From a virus (lineage: Duplodnaviria; Caudoviricetes): a stretch of DNA of 43,162 nt. The notes beneath the pieces are model-generated. The model worked only from the letters and a program-made list of their open reading frames with translations, had not been told where the DNA came from and ran no database searches. The stretch lies in the IMG/VR virus record IMGVR_UViG_3300023095_000001, positions 1 through 43,162 of that record. One strand, given 5' to 3'. The first letter of the stretch is position 1; each line of letters starts with the position of its first letter. Below, piece by piece: positions 41,838-43,162 of the stretch. The position numbers were made by a program, and so were the translations under genes.

Positions 41838-43162
41838 CTAAACATTTTCCAATGCCGCAACAAAATCAACAACATTTGTATAGGTGTTTCCATTTATTGT
41901 TACTTTTTGGTAGGGTTGTGGTTTATTAAGTAAGATATTTTTTACATCGAATAAAGAAACTAATCCATATTCAGATACATTAAATCTAAATTCACCATAA
42001 GGCGTGCCGTTAATCATAACAAATTCACCCGATCTTTCAATAGCAATGAAATCAGGTTCGTTTTTGCGCCAGCCTGTTATTTTTAAAAAACCACCCCGAA
42101 TGTTGTACTCGGACTTTTTAATAAATATTTTCTCAATTCCGTTAGGCGTTTGAACCCGAATAAACCCGAATTCCGTTTCCTGTAAGCGTTCCAATTCAAC
42201 AACTTCTTGTAAAGTAGCCGATACCGTCGTATTTATTAATTCAGGTCTTAAAACAGCTGTTTTCAATGACGAAACAGGGATTTCTTCATTTTCTTGATAA
42301 AAACGCTCGTTCCTAAACTTAGTCCGCGCAAGTCCGTTGTTTTTAAATGATGTCGTGCGAATAATTCCGGTCGGATCGTACATTGCAGCAGCGGCCAACC
42401 AACTTTCCCATTCGATAATATTTCTGCGTGGCGAATGAAGCAAGTTCCCGAAGTTATCACCGTTCTGGATATTCTCAACTATCATTTCTTCGTCGGTTCT
42501 GTTTACGAATGAAACGCCTGTGATTGTGAAACCGAAAACCACATATCCTTCATAATCTACAACCGTAACAGGACTTATAGGCTGTAATACCAACGCAGTA
42601 GGGGTGATTGAAAAAATTTGAAATAACCCGCCATTTGCTGCATTTGAGAATATTTCAAAGTTACCTCCAACGGTTACGCCTATTGTGTCCCACCTAAAAG
42701 ACGTGCTGTTTGAGTCGGTTGATGTGTTAAGCAGTTCCAAGCGTCCGTTGCTTTTTCTGGCTAATAAATTAAGTCCGTACTTTCTGTATGTACCTGGGGG
42801 TAAAGGCACAATATCGTAAACGAATACTTTGGTATCATTTTCTAAGGAAGTGGTGTTTTTGGTGTTCACACCGTCCCTTTGAGCCTTCCCACCCGCAAAC
42901 GGATCGCGAATTATGTTTAACTCAATCTGCTTCGTGTTTAGCGTTCTATCGCTCGGTAATGACTTTTGTTGGTCGGTATGTATTGCATCGGTCGTGTTCT
43001 TTTCGTTATCGCCTTGCTCGTAAGTGGAATATCCAAACTCAAAGGTATTCATCGCATATTCATCGTCCTTAATTTCGGTAAAGTCAACCGGGTAGGCTTG
43101 CAGAAACCCGCCCATATCATAATCCCTGAAAAAGTTATCGTAATGCTGAATTTTTACACCTG
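41838..43162 (-). CDS. C-terminal part of the ~912-aa tail protein starting at 1530
   Basis: Frame continuous with 1..1530 through the overlap. Confidence 0.85.
   Translation of the reverse strand, partial: GVKIQHYDNFFRDYDMGGFLQAYPVDFTEIKDDEYAMNTFEFGYSTYEQGDNEKNTTDAIHTDQQKSLPSDRTLNTKQIELNIIRDPFAGGKAQRDGVNTKNTTSLENDTKVFVYDIVPLPPGTYRKYGLNLLARKSNGRLELLNTSTDSNSTSFRWDTIGVTVGGNFEIFSNAANGGLFQIFSITPTALVLQPISPVTVVDYEGYVVFGFTITGVSFVNRTDEEMIVENIQNGDNFGNLLHSPRRNIIEWESWLAAAAMYDPTGIIRTTSFKNNGLARTKFRNERFYQENEEIPVSSLKTAVLRPELINTTVSATLQEVVELERLQETEFGFIRVQTPNGIEKIFIKKSEYNIRGGFLKITGWRKNEPDFIAIERSGEFVMINGTPYGEFRFNVSEYGLVSLFDVKNILLNKPQPYQKVTINGNTYTNVVDFVAALENV
43047..43162. repeat. end copy of the 116-bp overlap
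   Basis: Identical to 1..116. Confidence 0.97.

Noticed and set aside
1124-43072. All plus-strand ORFs in the track (e.g. 1124..1420, 8572..8943, 17553..18014, 30250..30588)
   Set aside because: They are antisense shadows of convincing minus-strand genes, mostly with non-ATG starts and no recognisable motifs
1-43162. CRISPR array, diversity-generating retroelement, invertible tail-fibre cassette, introns/inteins, IS elements
   Set aside because: By eye I saw no regularly spaced repeats, reverse transcriptase, TR/VR pair, invertase, homing endonuclease or transposase motifs; a formal repeat and HMM scan was not possible

Overview
This window looks like a complete, circularly assembled genome (about 43,046 bp plus a 116-bp end overlap) of a tailed siphovirus-like phage. 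The host is probably Bacteroidota, most likely Flavobacterium-like, judging by TAnnTTTG -7 promoter boxes, A/T-rich Shine-Dalgarno-less starts and signal peptides ending in A/G/S-Q. Essentially all credible genes are on the minus strand. The modules are: early/accessory genes; recombination (YqaJ exonuclease and a probable annealing protein); replication (ParB-like protein, initiator with an internal iteron-like origin, P-loop protein); NinB- and RuvC-like proteins; TerS/TerL; portal; HK97 protease and capsid; neck and tail; tape measure; a ~912-aa tail protein split by the contig ends; fibre-like genes; two DNA methyltransferases; an M12B metalloprotease; and a holin/M15 endolysin/spanin-like lysis cassette. 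I recognise no integrase, CRISPR array, tRNA or reverse transcriptase. The most notable unexplained signals are: (1) four sequence-unrelated 5' leaders with the same architecture (promoter, hairpin, intrinsic terminator, gene), in which the first hairpin loop is perfectly complementary to the terminator loop with a different 6-8 nt code each time, suggesting a kissing-loop attenuator or sRNA family; (2) an in-frame GVYS-GVFG-GVYG peptide behind the TGA stop of the major tail gene, suggesting programmed readthrough that creates a docking tag; (3) fibre-like and protease genes carrying Sec signal peptides; (4) a ~180-nt structured RNA between terminase and portal. All product calls come from motif recognition by eye; no database search was run.
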